From: Gordius albopunctatus
Taxonomy: Eukaryota
Assembly: GCA_964276515.1 (NCBI GenBank)
Contig: OZ193909.1
Location: 2,170,001-2,234,000, forward strand
Length of the DNA: 64,000 nt
Direction: 5' to 3'
The translations under genes were made by a program, and so were the position numbers. Position 1 is the stretch's first letter, and the number at the start of each line of letters is the position of its first letter. Positions 1 through 12,782 of the stretch are shown here, one piece after another. The notes beneath the pieces were generated by a model that was not told where the DNA came from, did no database searches, and saw only the letters and a program-made list of their open reading frames with translations.

Positions 1-124
1 CATATAAAATCTTCTAAATCGGGGTGGGTGACGGCACTCTCTCTCTGCCTCGCCCTAACTACTCCCATGCATAATTTATGTAGTAAAAGTTAAAAGCTAA
101 TATCATTCAATCTACTACTATACC

Positions 125-315
125 TAGAGTTGTTCAATTGCTAACTTTCTTCAACTCCAGCTACCCTCTGCTCCAGTTTCTGCTCGGCCCCCGAGCATTT
201 TTATATGCTACTGCTCCGCCTACTGCACCGAACAGCGAGCGCGCATATTAAGCAACTCAGTGTGCGTGCTCGCGTCTGGAGTTTGAAGAAAGTTGTTAGC
301 AATTTAACAACTCTA
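125..315 (+). mobile_element. MITE family A (about 200 bp, TIR TAGAGTTGTTAAATTGCTAACTTTCTTCAA)
   Basis: Long TIRs and an internal sequence shared with copies at 7898, 15512, 26926 and 43875. Confidence 0.88.
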
Positions 316-1230
316 CCCATGGTGATGGCTATAATAGCAATGTTATTATCAGTTAATGGGTGAGAAGATGTAATAGCCCCCTTGGGTAGAGAGCCACTTT
401 GTCGCACCAAAATTTTTATGGTCGTTTAAATATCTTAATAAGTCAATTAGACTTATTTTAAAATTGTTAAAATATGAATGACTATCGCAAAGGTGAGAAT
501 CATGGGCGTAACCAGAGGGGGGGGGGGGTGGATAAATTGTTGACATTTAGTAAAGTTTGGCTATACCACGCCTCTAATTTCAATCCTGACTACAGTCACC
601 CCACGGTGAGAATTAAAATGTAAACAATTGAAGTCGATTGAAAAGTAGGATATCAATACAACAGGTCTATTAACTTCATTAAAGAAATTAATTTTAATTA
701 CATTTGGTTTTGTAATACATAGGGCTTGAAAATTATAGCTAACTATAATATAAATATATACTAGTAGTTGAGAATGGATAACTTTCTTAAACTCTAAATC
801 AATGAAAGCTTGTTAGCCTTATTAAAGAGTGAACTATTTATTTACTTAATTATATCATAGTTTCTAGTTTTATATAGTCTTATCCAGCAATATCTAATTT
901 ACAACATTCTTTTAATGAGGGGATGTTTTTGGATCTATTTAAGCGATTTGGTATTTTATCGATGATTATTTATTACTCTTCTAAGAAGTTATAACGGAAT
1001 TTTAGAATTTGTTGAACTTTTCTGTTAGGGTTCGAGTGTATAGACTGATACAAAATATTTTTGCTAACTAAATATTTCTTGCTCTGATTTTATGATCATA
1101 TTCCAAAAGGAATAAGATTTTCAGAAATATTTCATTTCTTCATAATTTAGTACAATTATATTCACGAGGACAAGGACTTGTATACATAAAAAATTAATCC
1201 GTTTGAATTATGTCATGAGTTAAGCTTACA

Positions 1231-3077
1231 CAGTGGCGTACGCAAGGGGGGGGGTTTTAGGGTTCAAACCCCCCCCGCGGATTTCGAAAAAATATTTTTT
1301 ATTTTCTAATATAGCATTAACGAAGGAAATTTCCGTGAGCTTTTAATATTTTTAGCAGAAAACAGCGAAAAAGTATGCCACGCTTTGACAGAATGCCCTA
1401 AAAATGCAACGTATCTTTCCCCGCGTATCCAAAATGAAATCATCTCTATAATATCATATAATATCACATATGATACAATCCCAGATTGTAAAAAAAATAA
1501 ACGCTGCTCCCTTTTTTGCAATATTAGTCGATGAAACCACAGATATCTCTACTCGGGAACAAATGGTTCTAGTGGTAAGATATTTAGATGTGGATTCAAC
1601 ACCAATCGTTGTGAAAGAGGAATTTTTGCTATATGTTGATATACATGATATGACTGGAAAAGGCCTATCTGAAGTGATCCTGAAGACTTTAAAAGAATTG
1701 AACATAAATACAACAAAATTGAGAGGACAAGGTTACGATGGTGCTCCAGCAATGAGTGGTGTAAAAAATGGATTGCAAACTCACATAAGAAATGTCTATC
1801 CTACTGCAATCTACATTCACTGTTCATCGCATGTATTAAATTTAAGCATTGCCGATTCTTGCAAAATCTCACATATCCGGAAAAGTATAGGTATATTTTA
1901 AATTTTGATATCTAATTTTTTCCAATTTATAGGGATTGTTAAAAAGGTGAATGATTTTTTATCAACGCCTAAAAGGCAATATTTGTTTGATTCAATTGTA
2001 AAGTCTTCAGATTCCAAAAATTTGAAATTAAAAACTCTCTGTGAAACAAGATGGGTTCAAAAGCATCTAGCAATAAAACGCTTTTTTGAATTAAGAGATT
2101 CAATCATCACAACCCTTGAGCAGATTAGTGAATGGGCAGACAATGATTCCTCTTCGGGTGCCATGCTATTGGTATCAGCACTTAAAACTGGCCATTTTTG
2201 GTTATCATTACACACACTTAAGCAAATCTTTGCTTATACTTTAAATCTTAGCATTCATTTGCAAAGCGTTAACCTGGACTTATCACAGGCAATAAATGCG
2301 ACCGAAAACGTTGTGGAAGCTATTAAATTAATTAGAAATAATTCTCAGGTAGAGTTTTCCAGGATTTTTAGAGATGTCACATTGATGGGAAAACAATATG
2401 ACTTTAAGATTTCGATTCCCAGAGGAAATGTCCAACAAACCCCAGAGGCTTATTATAGAATAACTCTGTATAATGCATTCTTAGACACTTTTTTGGTAGA
2501 AATGGACACAAGGTTTCTTGAGAATAAACAAATTCTCATGGGATTTCATTCTTTACTACTACAACCACCTGTAAAGCTATCTGAAGTTAAACTGGCGAAC
2601 TTTTTGAATTTAGCGAATTTTTATGGGGATGATTTGAATGGAAATCAAGAAATTTATGAGGCTGAGATTAAACTCTGGTATCAATCTTTTAAAGATTGTA
2701 ACCCTGAAGTCCTGCCTTTTAATGCACTAAAAGCATTGTCGGATTATAATTCCAAGCTGCTTCTATATCCAAATATAAGAGTGTTATACCAGATTTTAGC
2801 AACACTCCCAGTAACAACGTGTTCTAATGAAAGAAGTTTTTCTACGCTGAGAAGACTTAAAACTTACTTGAGGAATACAACTGGGCAAGAGAATCAATGA
2901 ATTTTTATCTAAATCGCGCAAATAATTTTTTCCCTACTATTTATTTTATAAAATTATATGATATGACGTTTATAATAAATATTTTTTGTGAAAGTGTTTG
3001 TATTTAAATAAATTGTAAAATTAATATGATTCTGATTTAAAAACCCTCCCCGCAGAAAAATCCTGCGTACGCCCCTG
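1231..3077 (+). mobile_element. hAT DNA transposon (Tip100/Blackjack, ZMYM1/THAP12-like transposase), internally deleted
   Basis: TIRs CAGTGGCGTACGCA / TGCGTACGCCCCTG with a perfect 8-bp TSD AGCTTACA (1223-1230, 3078-3085). The transposase has DUF4371-like NATYLSPRIQNEII, DETTD, YDGA, HCSSH, ETRW and the hATC motif TCSNERSFSTLRRLKTYLR. Confidence 0.95.
1319..2900 (+). pseudogene. hAT transposase pseudogene
   Basis: The 5' part is missing. A 10-bp tandem duplication (ATAATATCAT ATAATATCAC, about 1448-1467) frameshifts the gene. A 42-nt GT-AG intron at 1891-1932 joins ORFs 1470..1901 and 1905..2900. The C-terminus stops early after RNTTGQE. Confidence 0.85.
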
Positions 3078-3611
3078 AGCTTACAACAGTATCATGGGTC
3101 TAGCTAGTAGAAATAGAGGGGGCAATTATGTTTTAGGCAGGGGCAAAATGACAATATTTTGAAATTTTAGCCGGAATTTTATGTAATTTTAGAGAATTTA
3201 TAGATTTTAAGGGGGGCAGCCCTCTGTGTTACTGTTATTTTATTGGACCAAAAAATAACGAGAGCAACTAGTGAATTTTGGCAAATTTTTTTAAACATTA
3301 GCTTTCTTAATTTTGGCTAAAGTCTTTAAAATCAAATTTCAACCATTTTTTATACGTCTCTAAGATAAAACACAAATTTTATAAGTATATAAAATTATTT
3401 TAAGGGTTATTTATAACCATTGAAAGCGTTTATAAGGCAATATTAACCCTTTGACCATATTTGTGAATTTATCGATATTTTTAAAGCTCCCATTTTGATT
3501 GAGGAGTGACGAGTCGAGATTATGTATTGCCAGTCGAGAATACTTAATTTGTCCCATCGGCGGACGTTAAATACTGCACTTAACGTTATTATATGTGTAA
3601 TTGCTCGCTGA

Positions 3612-3738
3612 CATGGACGCAGCCCCTCTTCCCTAAATGCCGATAAAAAAATTTTACAAAGCAAAAACCCTTAAAAATTAAAAAAAAAATTTACGTTTTG
3701 CCCCCCCCCCCCCAATCCAAAACCTGGTTACACCCATG
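3612..3738. mobile_element. MITE family B (TIR CATGGGCGTAGCC, G/C-run interior)
   Basis: CATGGACGCAGCC...GGTTACACCCATG with TSD CTCGCTGA/CTCGCTGC. Many partial relatives occur near 501, 3093, 4010, 4467, 7194, 9190, 11089, 24938, 25217, 25723 and 62830. Confidence 0.8.
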
Positions 3739-5352
3739 CTCGCTGCCTTAATTCTTAGATCATTAAATTTCCCAATTTTATTGGGTAGCTAAGCACATGT
3801 CTGCAACTTTTGACAATTAGATTTATTACATATAAATTAAGCCTAGCTAGCTAGAGGGAGGATGACAATTATCCACAAAATGGCGCCATGGTCCCTTCGA
3901 GAAACAAATCTTAAGTCCATAATTCATTTGACCGTTAATAAACTGATTATCATCGTCACTCATCCCCACCACTAAAACTAATAATATTCAAATGGTTCTT
4001 TCTTGTAGATGATTTTGCCCTCCACAAATCATTATTGCCTTCCTCTAATTCCAATGCTGTCTACCCCTATGCCAATGGCTATTGATTCATTTTTTACCTA
4101 AAACAGCGCTTCATAATGGCATCATATTTGAACTCTTTTAATTAATTTAGAGTTAATGTCGGGCCTAGCCTTTTAAAATGCATTTCTAAAAATAATGGGG
4201 AAGCAGTTTATTTAGTTTTAATTGCAACTTATAAAGCGTGCCCAGTAACTACAATTATTAAAGTTTTCATTAAATTAGCTTAAAAAATAGTTTAAAATTT
4301 TTCTATTTTATAGTAAATAAATTTAGCAAAGGCGATTGTCGTTAACGTCAACCGTTATAACGGACGGCTTAGTCAGAAGCCAAGACGGGCAATCGAGTGG
4401 CTGGGAAGCAGCATTTTCTAAAGAAATTGAATTTTATATTTGGACACTTAAATCTATGAAGGTTGGCATGGGCATAGCCATGGGGGGGGGGCAGGAAGCG
4501 GGGCTGCCACCCTTTAAATCCAAAAATTTGTTTAAATTTATTAGGATTAAGGCTCAAATTTTAAAAAGTGTTCATTTTGCCCTCCCCAAATCATTATTGC
4601 CGAGGTTGGGCTCAAGCTAATGATCGATTAGGAAAATATATACATTTAATTTTAAATTATTATCGCAATCTCTATATCTTTGCAGACATTTGTCATTTTA
4701 AAATGACTGAGAAAGGCAAATTTTGACAGTCAACTCTTAGAAAATAATTGTTACCGTTTAATTAAGGCCTGAATATTGATACCAATTATCTCCTGATTAC
4801 ACATACAACAACGATGTTTAAAGCTGCCAATATAAAACTCATCCACCGCTAGTATAATGTTTAAAACAAATTTTTACTCAAATACCTTTTGCCCCCTCAT
4901 AGTTTGAATATATCGACCTTAAAAAAATTGGCAGATTGCCTTATAAAATAACATCTGGAAAGAAATATAATATATGTCTAACAACATTACAGACCAACGC
5001 TGAAAAGTATATTTTAAATCCCAAGAGGGAATCAATACTAGTTGTATGCAACTTTAAAAGAGGAGCAAGATCGATGTTTTTTATGCTTAATAAATGTGTG
5101 ATAAAAGGCTAGGTCGTAAATATCATTCCTTTGAAAATCAAATTTTATGGCATACACGGAGGAAAGGTGGCGACAAGGGAAATTAAGATTATGCCTTTTT
5201 AAGGCAATGTTGTAAGGATAATCACATTTTCTCGACAATGCAAACAGTTCTGAAAATTTAAAAAAGTGGAAAAATAACCAATGAGCTGAGGCAATTCCTT
5301 CTAATTTCATAAAATATAAACATAATTTTATGCTTAAAAAAAGATAATAAAA

Positions 5353-5424
5353 CATGGGTGTAGCCATCATTGGGATTAGAGGGGGGGCAGCCGCCCCTCC
5401 CTGCCCCCCTTGGCTACGTTCATG
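5353..5424. mobile_element. MITE family B, 72-bp minimal copy
   Basis: CATGGGTGTAGCC...GGCTACGTTCATG with a perfect 8-bp TSD TAATAAAA on both sides. Confidence 0.88.
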
Positions 5425-5492
5425 TAATAAAAAATCTCGCAACACGTTAACTTTTGTGTAAAAAAATTATCAAATTCACGTCAAGGTATTAC

Positions 5493-6536
5493 TTTAATTT
5501 TATTTTGGTACAAAATGGCGTCACGGGACCCCTCCGCGTTTCCAGGCACTTTTCTCCACCACATTTTAACGCCTATCCCAGAGTATACGCAAATCATGAA
5601 GGACAAGGGGAAAAAGTATTGGATTAAGCTGAGGTAGATAAAATAGGATTTGCGCTTAATGTCAGAGGTCCAAACCGGGGTACATACATCTCGAGCTGGC
5701 CCTGGCATGCTTTCGGCTAAGGGCTCCACTTGATTCATACTCAAGGGTCTTGGTTGGGTTGTGAGGTCATATAGTACCCCGTTTTTGCTGTAGAGAGCAT
5801 CAAATTTGGAGCCTGAGTTGTAGGGAGATGCTGAAACAGCTAGCTTTCGCGTCGTACAGCGATGCTCTCCTCGGTGATACAACAGTTTTTTCAGGGATGA
5901 CATTGACATCGTCCCATTTCCAGCGACATTCGGGTGCGTACCCATTGACAGTCCGTAGGTCCGGTTAGAGCCTCCATTCTTTATAATTCTTAGATTAAGA
6001 GCCATGGGTAGAGAACTCACTAGGGCTAAAGTCCAAAAGGTGGACACTATAATTTTGGCTCGAGTTTTGGTGAGTAGCCTAGGTTTTAAAGGTCTAACGA
6101 CGGCCGACCACCTATCGAGAGCCACGACCGTGAGGGTCAAAACGCTAACGGTAACGCACAACGTTTGCACGAAAGGTGCTAAAGGACATAGGATTCGTGG
6201 TAAAACCCATCGTTGCAGCAGGGCTGCTTGAAATTGGAAGGGAACACTGAACATGCCTATAATCATGTCGGCTACTGCTAAATTAAGCAAGAAAAAATTG
6301 GTGACCGACCGCATGCGTGGCCTGTTGACCACGATGTAGATAACGGAACCGTTGCCCAAAATGGATAAAATGGAAATAGTGCCGTACAGTAGGGATAAAA
6401 AAATCAGGGGTCCTATGCTGACTTCGTATAGTTCGGATGGAAAACCATCGCTTCCTTCTAAGCTAAAATTGCCGGAGTTGCCCGAAGCATTGGATACCGT
6501 TGTTCGGGATGATATTGTATTGGCGCAGCGAGACAT
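5493..6536 (-). CDS. Lkr: Leucokinin/kinin (lymnokinin)-type neuropeptide class A GPCR, first coding exon (N-term to ICL3; TM6-7 exons not found in window)
   Basis: ORF 5481..6536 has the TM1 GN motif, TM2 NLAVAD, kinin-receptor-typical FQFQAALLQRWVLP..LCPLAPFVQ, DRW at the TM3 end, TM5 QYFFPL and ICL3 ..PGNAEGSRDAILYQNKIK. A probable splice donor AAA|GTAATA lies at 5493/5492, where TM6 should begin. The subfamily is assigned from recalled motifs. Confidence 0.8.
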
Positions 6537-7897
6537 GCCTCCCGAAAATTGTCCTTTTTACCTAAAATTTAATCATTTTGTGGATAAATGAGTGGGATTT
6601 TCTGGAATAATATTTGTGGAATTTCTTGGAAGAACTGGGAAAAATGAAGGATTATAGTGTGAGTAAGTAAAAGTATTGGATATTAGTCGGGAAATGCAAG
6701 ACCGCTTAAGTGTGAAGATATGCTAAGGGGGGAGGGGGGGATCGATGTCCGTGTTAAAACTTTCTATACACAATTTCAATATTAAAAGTTATTTTATTGA
6801 CGCCTTCATCAAGTATATTGGAAAATAATTTAGTATAAATAATTTAGTGGTATTTAACTCAACGAATTTTATAAATGGTAGCAAACACAACTTTTTATAA
6901 TTTCCCTCGTATAATTTAAGTATTTTTTATCAAAAATAGAGGCGAAACCTTTAATTCCTTATTTCTACGAATTTTTGCATTTATTAACTATTAAATTTTA
7001 CATAGTTTATGGATGCGTCATAATATAAATAACCATGTGACGAAAGATATTATTATAAAAGACATGCAGAAAGCAAAATGTTTATTTTAATTGAATTAAA
7101 TTATGTGTAACAGGTGAAATGTAAATTAAATTATATCTTCATAATGACCCCCCCCCCTTTTACTGCCTTTTTATTTAAAATTATCTCTACATTCATGGGC
7201 GTAGCCATGTTTTGGATTGGGGGGAGGGCGAAACGTTCAAAAGTTGCCCCTTTTCTGGAATAATATTTTGTTGAATTTCATGGAAGAACTGGGAAAAATG
7301 AAGGATTAAAAACTGTTGATGGTAGTAAATATCTCATAAACTCAAAAAATAGTTGGTTGTATATATATAAGCAAAGAATAAAATACTATTTTCGTTTAAA
7401 CTGAGTGCCTTTTTATAAAAATTATTATTATCGTTATTTGAAAATCGTAATGAAACGTACGTCATAGGAAAAGAAATTGAATGCGTTAGAAATTAATATA
7501 CCTTTGTTTTTAGTCGACTAAACATAAAGAGACTAAAGGGTTTTTGGTCTTTGTTTTCTTAGTCCACCTCTTGGCTTAGTAGAAATTTGAAAAAGAGGCC
7601 AAAGTGGACCGTTAGTCTTAGTTAACCCAAAGATCGACGAAACAAAACCCAGGCCCTTTTGCAACACTAGCGGTTCGGGAGTCTATTTAGATTGTAGTAG
7701 GCCTTATGATAGATTGATTTAGATTTCTAATACTGGCAGCTGTTAAAATTTTGTTCTCAATTTTATTTATCGTGTTATGATGACTAGGAACATGAGAAAG
7801 TGGGCCATGAAAATATGGAAACAATTAAGGAAATTAATCTCTCTCCCTTCACCTACTCTCCTCTCTATCTCCTCCACTCCCGTCCCCTTCATGTCTG

Positions 7898-8099
7898 TAG
7901 AGTTGTTAAATTGCTAACTTTCTTCAACTCCAGCTACCATCTGCTCGAGTTTCTGCTCGTCCCTCGAGCATTTTTTTATGCTAATGCTCTGCCTAGGGCA
8001 CCAAAAGCGAGCACATATTGTGCTAACGCGCATATTAAGCAACTCAGTGTGCGTGCTCGCGTCTGGAGTTTGAAGAAAGTTAGCAATTTAACAACTCTA
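7898..8099 (+). mobile_element. MITE family A copy
   Basis: TIRs intact. 8-bp TSD CATGTCTG/CATGTGTG (1 mismatch), which is hAT-type. Confidence 0.92.
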
Positions 8100-8149
8100 C
8101 ATGTGTGCTTGGATAGATATGGGGGCGGGAGTGGGAGAGATGGAGAAAG

Positions 8150-8530
8150 GGAGAGAGAGATGTGTTAGTAAACAGCGCGTGTCTGTACTCCTTTTCCAGA
8201 TGTTGTGGGACGAATTTTGATAAGGGGAAGGGGTTCACGTAAACGCGTATAAATTTAAATATAGAGGTGAAATAAGAAAAATAAATTTATACACGGGGAG
8301 ATGAGACTTCAATCTACACAAAACACTAATTTTTTTCAATATAAATTTAAAATGGCATTGGTATTTAACTTCAAAATACCTTAAAAAGACTTTTTTTTGC
8401 ACCTTTAACTTCATATATCTAAAAAACTGGAAATTTTGGATAAAAACTAAAAACATATTTGTGATCAGCGCAAAATTCTCTATCAGAATTATTGGTCCGC
8501 TTGCAGGATGGTTTTTTTGTGTACCTGTGA
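8150..8530 (+). repeat. Interspersed repeat, second copy at about 59235-59600
   Basis: Shared blocks GTGGGACGAATTTTGATA.GGGGAAGGGGTTCACGTAAACGC and CAGCGCAAAATTCTCTAT..GGTCCG.TTGCAGGATGGTTTTTTGT. Confidence 0.8.
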
Positions 8531-8916
8531 TGCTTGTCCATATATGAAATTTGACCCCTGAACATTATGAAAAAAGCCTTAATACAAGTGGGTCGAAATA
8601 AAACTCACAAATTTTGGATGTTATAAATATTGTTTAATTATATCAGCGATTTAAATTTAATTTAGAAGCACTTACACTTATTAAAGCCTACAACTATATA
8701 ATAAAGGAGGTTTTCTATAAAATTGAGGATTCTTTGTTATAAATTTTAAGAATACGTTCAGATTAAATAAATGATGAAGGTGCAAGACATTGTGATATTT
8801 AATTACAAATTTTACTGGCAATCATAATATTGCGTAGCAATTAATGTGGGAATTTTGATAAAATTAGGAAATATTCACTAACTACCGACCCTTTAAACAA
8901 CACAAAATAATATTAT

Positions 8917-9064
8917 CAATGGTATTAACAAGAACAATATATTAATTTAATTTTAAAAAAACATTTGACCTCTCCGGGTATCGAACCAGCAATTAAGAAC
9001 GTTAGACGAACGGACAACGGACGGACAACAAAAAGCGAGCCCATAAATTGCATAGCAATTAAAA
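8917..9064 (-). repeat. 5' fragment of the Helentron/DINE-like element (copy of about 12785-12960)
   Basis: Reverse complement contains TTGCTATGCAATTTATGGGCTCG, (GTCC)-like microsatellite and GGTTCGATACCCGGAGAGG. Confidence 0.8.
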
Positions 9065-11394
9065 TTTTTAAATTATATAACAGGTTATGTTTAGTGTATC
9101 GGGTTTTCATTGAGAAAATTGTCATAGTTGTTAAAACTCAGTTGATCATAAAAATATTTAGACGGATGATAAAAGCCATGGTCTTCTTAGCCAGGATTGG
9201 AATTAGAGGGGGGGGGCGATAATGATTTAGGGAGAGGAAAAATGATAATAATTATTTAAAATATATTTATATTAAATTTTAACAAATTTTTGGATTTAGA
9301 GGGGGCAGCCGCCCCTCAATACCACCCCCTGCCGTGGTTACGCCAATCTTTGGGACCATAAGGACCCCACCTGAGGAATTCAAAATAATTTTTTTGTAAA
9401 TTATAAAAAAAACAATAGGCTCTATTCCGAATAAAATGATAAAAATTAATTTTCAAAGATATAAAAGAACACTAATTTAGAATTTTCAAAAAAATTATAA
9501 AGCCAAATCATTTGCACCCAAAAGTTTATTCAAGATTATATTGTTGATACATACATAGGCATTTTGAATTTTATTACATTTATAGAAAAAGACGGGAAGT
9601 TATTTAAATTTTCTAATTGTCATTTAGAGAGGCAAAAAGTTTGGTAATTTTATAATTTAATTAAGTATAAAAGACTTGTATGGATTTAAGCTAAACCCCG
9701 TGCTTATAAGTCTCATCTTTCTTAATGCAATCGCTTTAAATGCATTAACACCTAATTTTGTTTCACACTCTAATGTTAGGTTTAATCTTCAGCTGAATCA
9801 ATCTTTAAATTTTGTAACGAGCTAACGGTCACTATAATTTTCAAAATTTTATTTAGGTTTCACAATAATTTAATTTATAAAAAAATTTAGCGATTTTTAT
9901 ATAAAATTTTAGTGTTTAATTACCCAAGCTATTTGTCGTCACACATGTTCTCTCTTAAAAAACTTGTTTAATCTATAAGAAAGGTTATACAAATTTTAAT
10001 GAAATACTGAGACATTCACCCGAAAGGCACAAACAAAATAGAGGGTAATGGTTATAGGTTAGGAGATAACGTTTCTTTTGACAAATTTCCAATTACAGGG
10101 CTCTGAGACGGAGGTAATACAAGACAAAAAAGCGACATGCAATTCTATTTAGGGTTGTTGTCAAATTCTTTAAATTTTTGTCATCTTGCAATAGTTTCAA
10201 TAATAATGGTAAAACTTATTAATTTGAAAATATCTAATCTAGCATAGCCAAGCAAGACCTAGGGGATCCATGTCGCATAGCTAATAAATAACTTTCTCAA
10301 ACTAGAAAATATATATATTTCTTTGTTTTTCACTTAGTATTGTATTAGAATGTTTAGTGATTTATCTAATTATATTTTTGGTTATGTTTTACCGACAGCG
10401 TTTTTTTTCTCATTTATATTCATATGATAAATGGCTTCTTTAACGCGTGCTTAAAACTACTCATTTTGAAACTTCGTATATCATATCACATACATATTTT
10501 ACAGAATCCGAGCCAATATTTATTCATGGAAATTTTGACAATAATAATTAATAGTAGTAATTTATTATTAAAAGTAAAATTATAGAGGTCTTAGAGAATT
10601 ATTATATAACGTGGGTACTAAGTGATATCAAAATCATATGTCATATTTTAAGCACTGTTGGGAGGTGTCCAGAATTGCTGGGACGAAATCAGATATTGGT
10701 AATGTTTATTTCTGTGAAAATTAAACTTTTTCTTACTGTAATCAATTATAATGATCGCGACTGTATTGGAATCAGAAAATTGCATATAACTCTAGTTACT
10801 AAGGAACTTTTTATAATAATTTAAATATTTTAAAGACCGAACAAATTTAATTCACATTAAACTTAATTTATTTACTATTTAATAAAATATCATAAATCTG
10901 TATCAAATGAAATAAACTAAAATTTGACGGGAATGAAAATATGCTAGTCGTTTATTTATTGTTTTAAAAAGTGTAATAAATGTTAATAAGTGTCAATTAA
11001 GTCCATCTTCTTTATAATTAATATCCACTTAGTGATTTGTTTAATTTAAACATAATTAGTAATTAATGCTTATTTTTGTATATATCAGCATTGGCGTAGC
11101 CGGAGGGGGGGGGGCAGTTGCCCCCCTCTAAATTCAAAAATTTGTTGAAATTTATTAAATTTATGGCTAAAATTTGAAAAATGACTATTTTTCCCCTCCC
11201 CAAATCATTTTTGCCCCCCTTCTAATTCCAATACTGGCTAAATTTCAAAATTAGGAGAATGACTTGACCTTTTTCGCTTTACTAATAATTCCTGAGTAAA
11301 AGAATGAAACTAAAGGACTACCAGCATAATTAACTAATGTTTGATGCTGGAGGAAAGAGATAGTTTGGCTGACCTCAGAGGTTTACTTAATTCC

Positions 11395-12041
11395 AGCAAT
11401 TGACTTGTAAAAATTGTAAGAAACAAATTGATGTTTGGGCCCATCACCCCTTACATTGTAAACTCAACAAATTCCGTTTCATTCGCCATCAAAAGATCAA
11501 TCTTTTGATCCAAACCGCTTTATTAAAAGCCGGCTTCCCTTCTATTCTCGAACCATCAGAACCCACTCTTGAGGGCAGAATGCGCCCCGATGGAACATCC
11601 ACAATTCCATGGGATGATGGTAAGTTCCTATTTTGGGACTTTACGTGCATCGACGTATTTGCACCCTCTAACAATAAAGCTGACCCACTAGCTCTAGCGG
11701 AAACACGCAAAACCAATAAATACCGTGATATAATCCCTTCTAAAATTTTTATCCCTACCGTGGCTTTTCCTGTTCCGCGACTTTTGACAAACAGGCATTA
11801 GCCTTTTTTAAATTGATAGGAAAGAGATCTCCCGAAGGAAAATACTCGGCAAGCTTTCTTTTGCGCCAAAAAATAGGGATTTTAATAGCCAAATACAACT
11901 ATAAGGCATTTTCCGACACCTGGCCTCTGGCCCTCGATGGAGATGAAGAGTAGCCACGCCTTTTATTTATTTATTGATCGTGTTTTATAATTTTATTATA
12001 TATAGACTTCATCTAATAAAGATTTATATTAAAAAAAAAAA
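11395..12041 (+). mobile_element. 5'-truncated non-LTR retrotransposon with restriction-like endonuclease (CRE/R2-group)
   Basis: Zn knuckle CKNC..HPLHC, RHQ, RPDG..IPW..GK..WDFTCID..AETRKTNKY (PD-(D/E)xK RLE). A frameshifted tail FLLRQKIGILIAKYN ends at TAG about 11953. AATAAA at about 12015 is followed by an A-run at 12031-12041. Confidence 0.8.
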
Positions 12042-12782
12042 ATTTATTCGCATGAGCAAAACGCGAGACTTAAATCTAAAAGCCTTTCTAATGCTAACAT
12101 TCAAATCGTGTATAAAATTGAAAGATCTAACAAGAAATCGTCGACCTGTATTTAAATAAAGCATCAACATAGACAAGTTGTCAAAAGGTTTTTATATATA
12201 AAGGTAATCAGTAAAGCGCCAAAATCAAAATGGGATTCTGGCTTGGGCGATGTCGAAAAAAATATACGATTCAACTTCAAGCGCCATATTTTTGTTTGTC
12301 TAAATATTCGATATACATGTCGTGTGGAATCAACAATTTTAGTTTAGTTACCATATGAATGATATGCATTAATAAGCGTAATTAAAGGATAAATACATTT
12401 GTTTTATGAGCAAAAAAACAAAAATAGAAAAAAATGAAGTGGCGCTCGTATTAAGACTTTTTTACATCTATACAAAATCGCATTTTAAGACGCACCCTTA
12501 GCTAGTCTATATGCGAAAGGAAAATAAAAGTCTTTTACCAGAGCATCCTCCACAGTTATTAAAACCCGTATATGTTTACAATTAGTGAGAAATTACAAGT
12601 TGGACAGGCATAATAGGATGGACAACCAAAAATGACCCCACAAATTGGTATTTAAACTAAAATGTTCATTTTGAAAGAAAAATAGGTATTTTACTGATTA
12701 AATTATACCACATTTTGTTTAGAACAATTAGGGGAAAATTCCGAACCTCATTTTAATTACTAAATCAGTTTTTATTCAAGAA

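Noticed and set aside
201..410. Short ORFs with [15 protein letters not shown] / [12 protein letters not shown] (also 7800, 15525, 43812)
   Set aside because: These are translations of the non-coding MITE A.
1..5480. Missing GPCR TM6/TM7 exons
   Set aside because: No CWLP- or NP..Y-like exon was found on minus. They probably lie left of the window, so the gene is not called a pseudogene.
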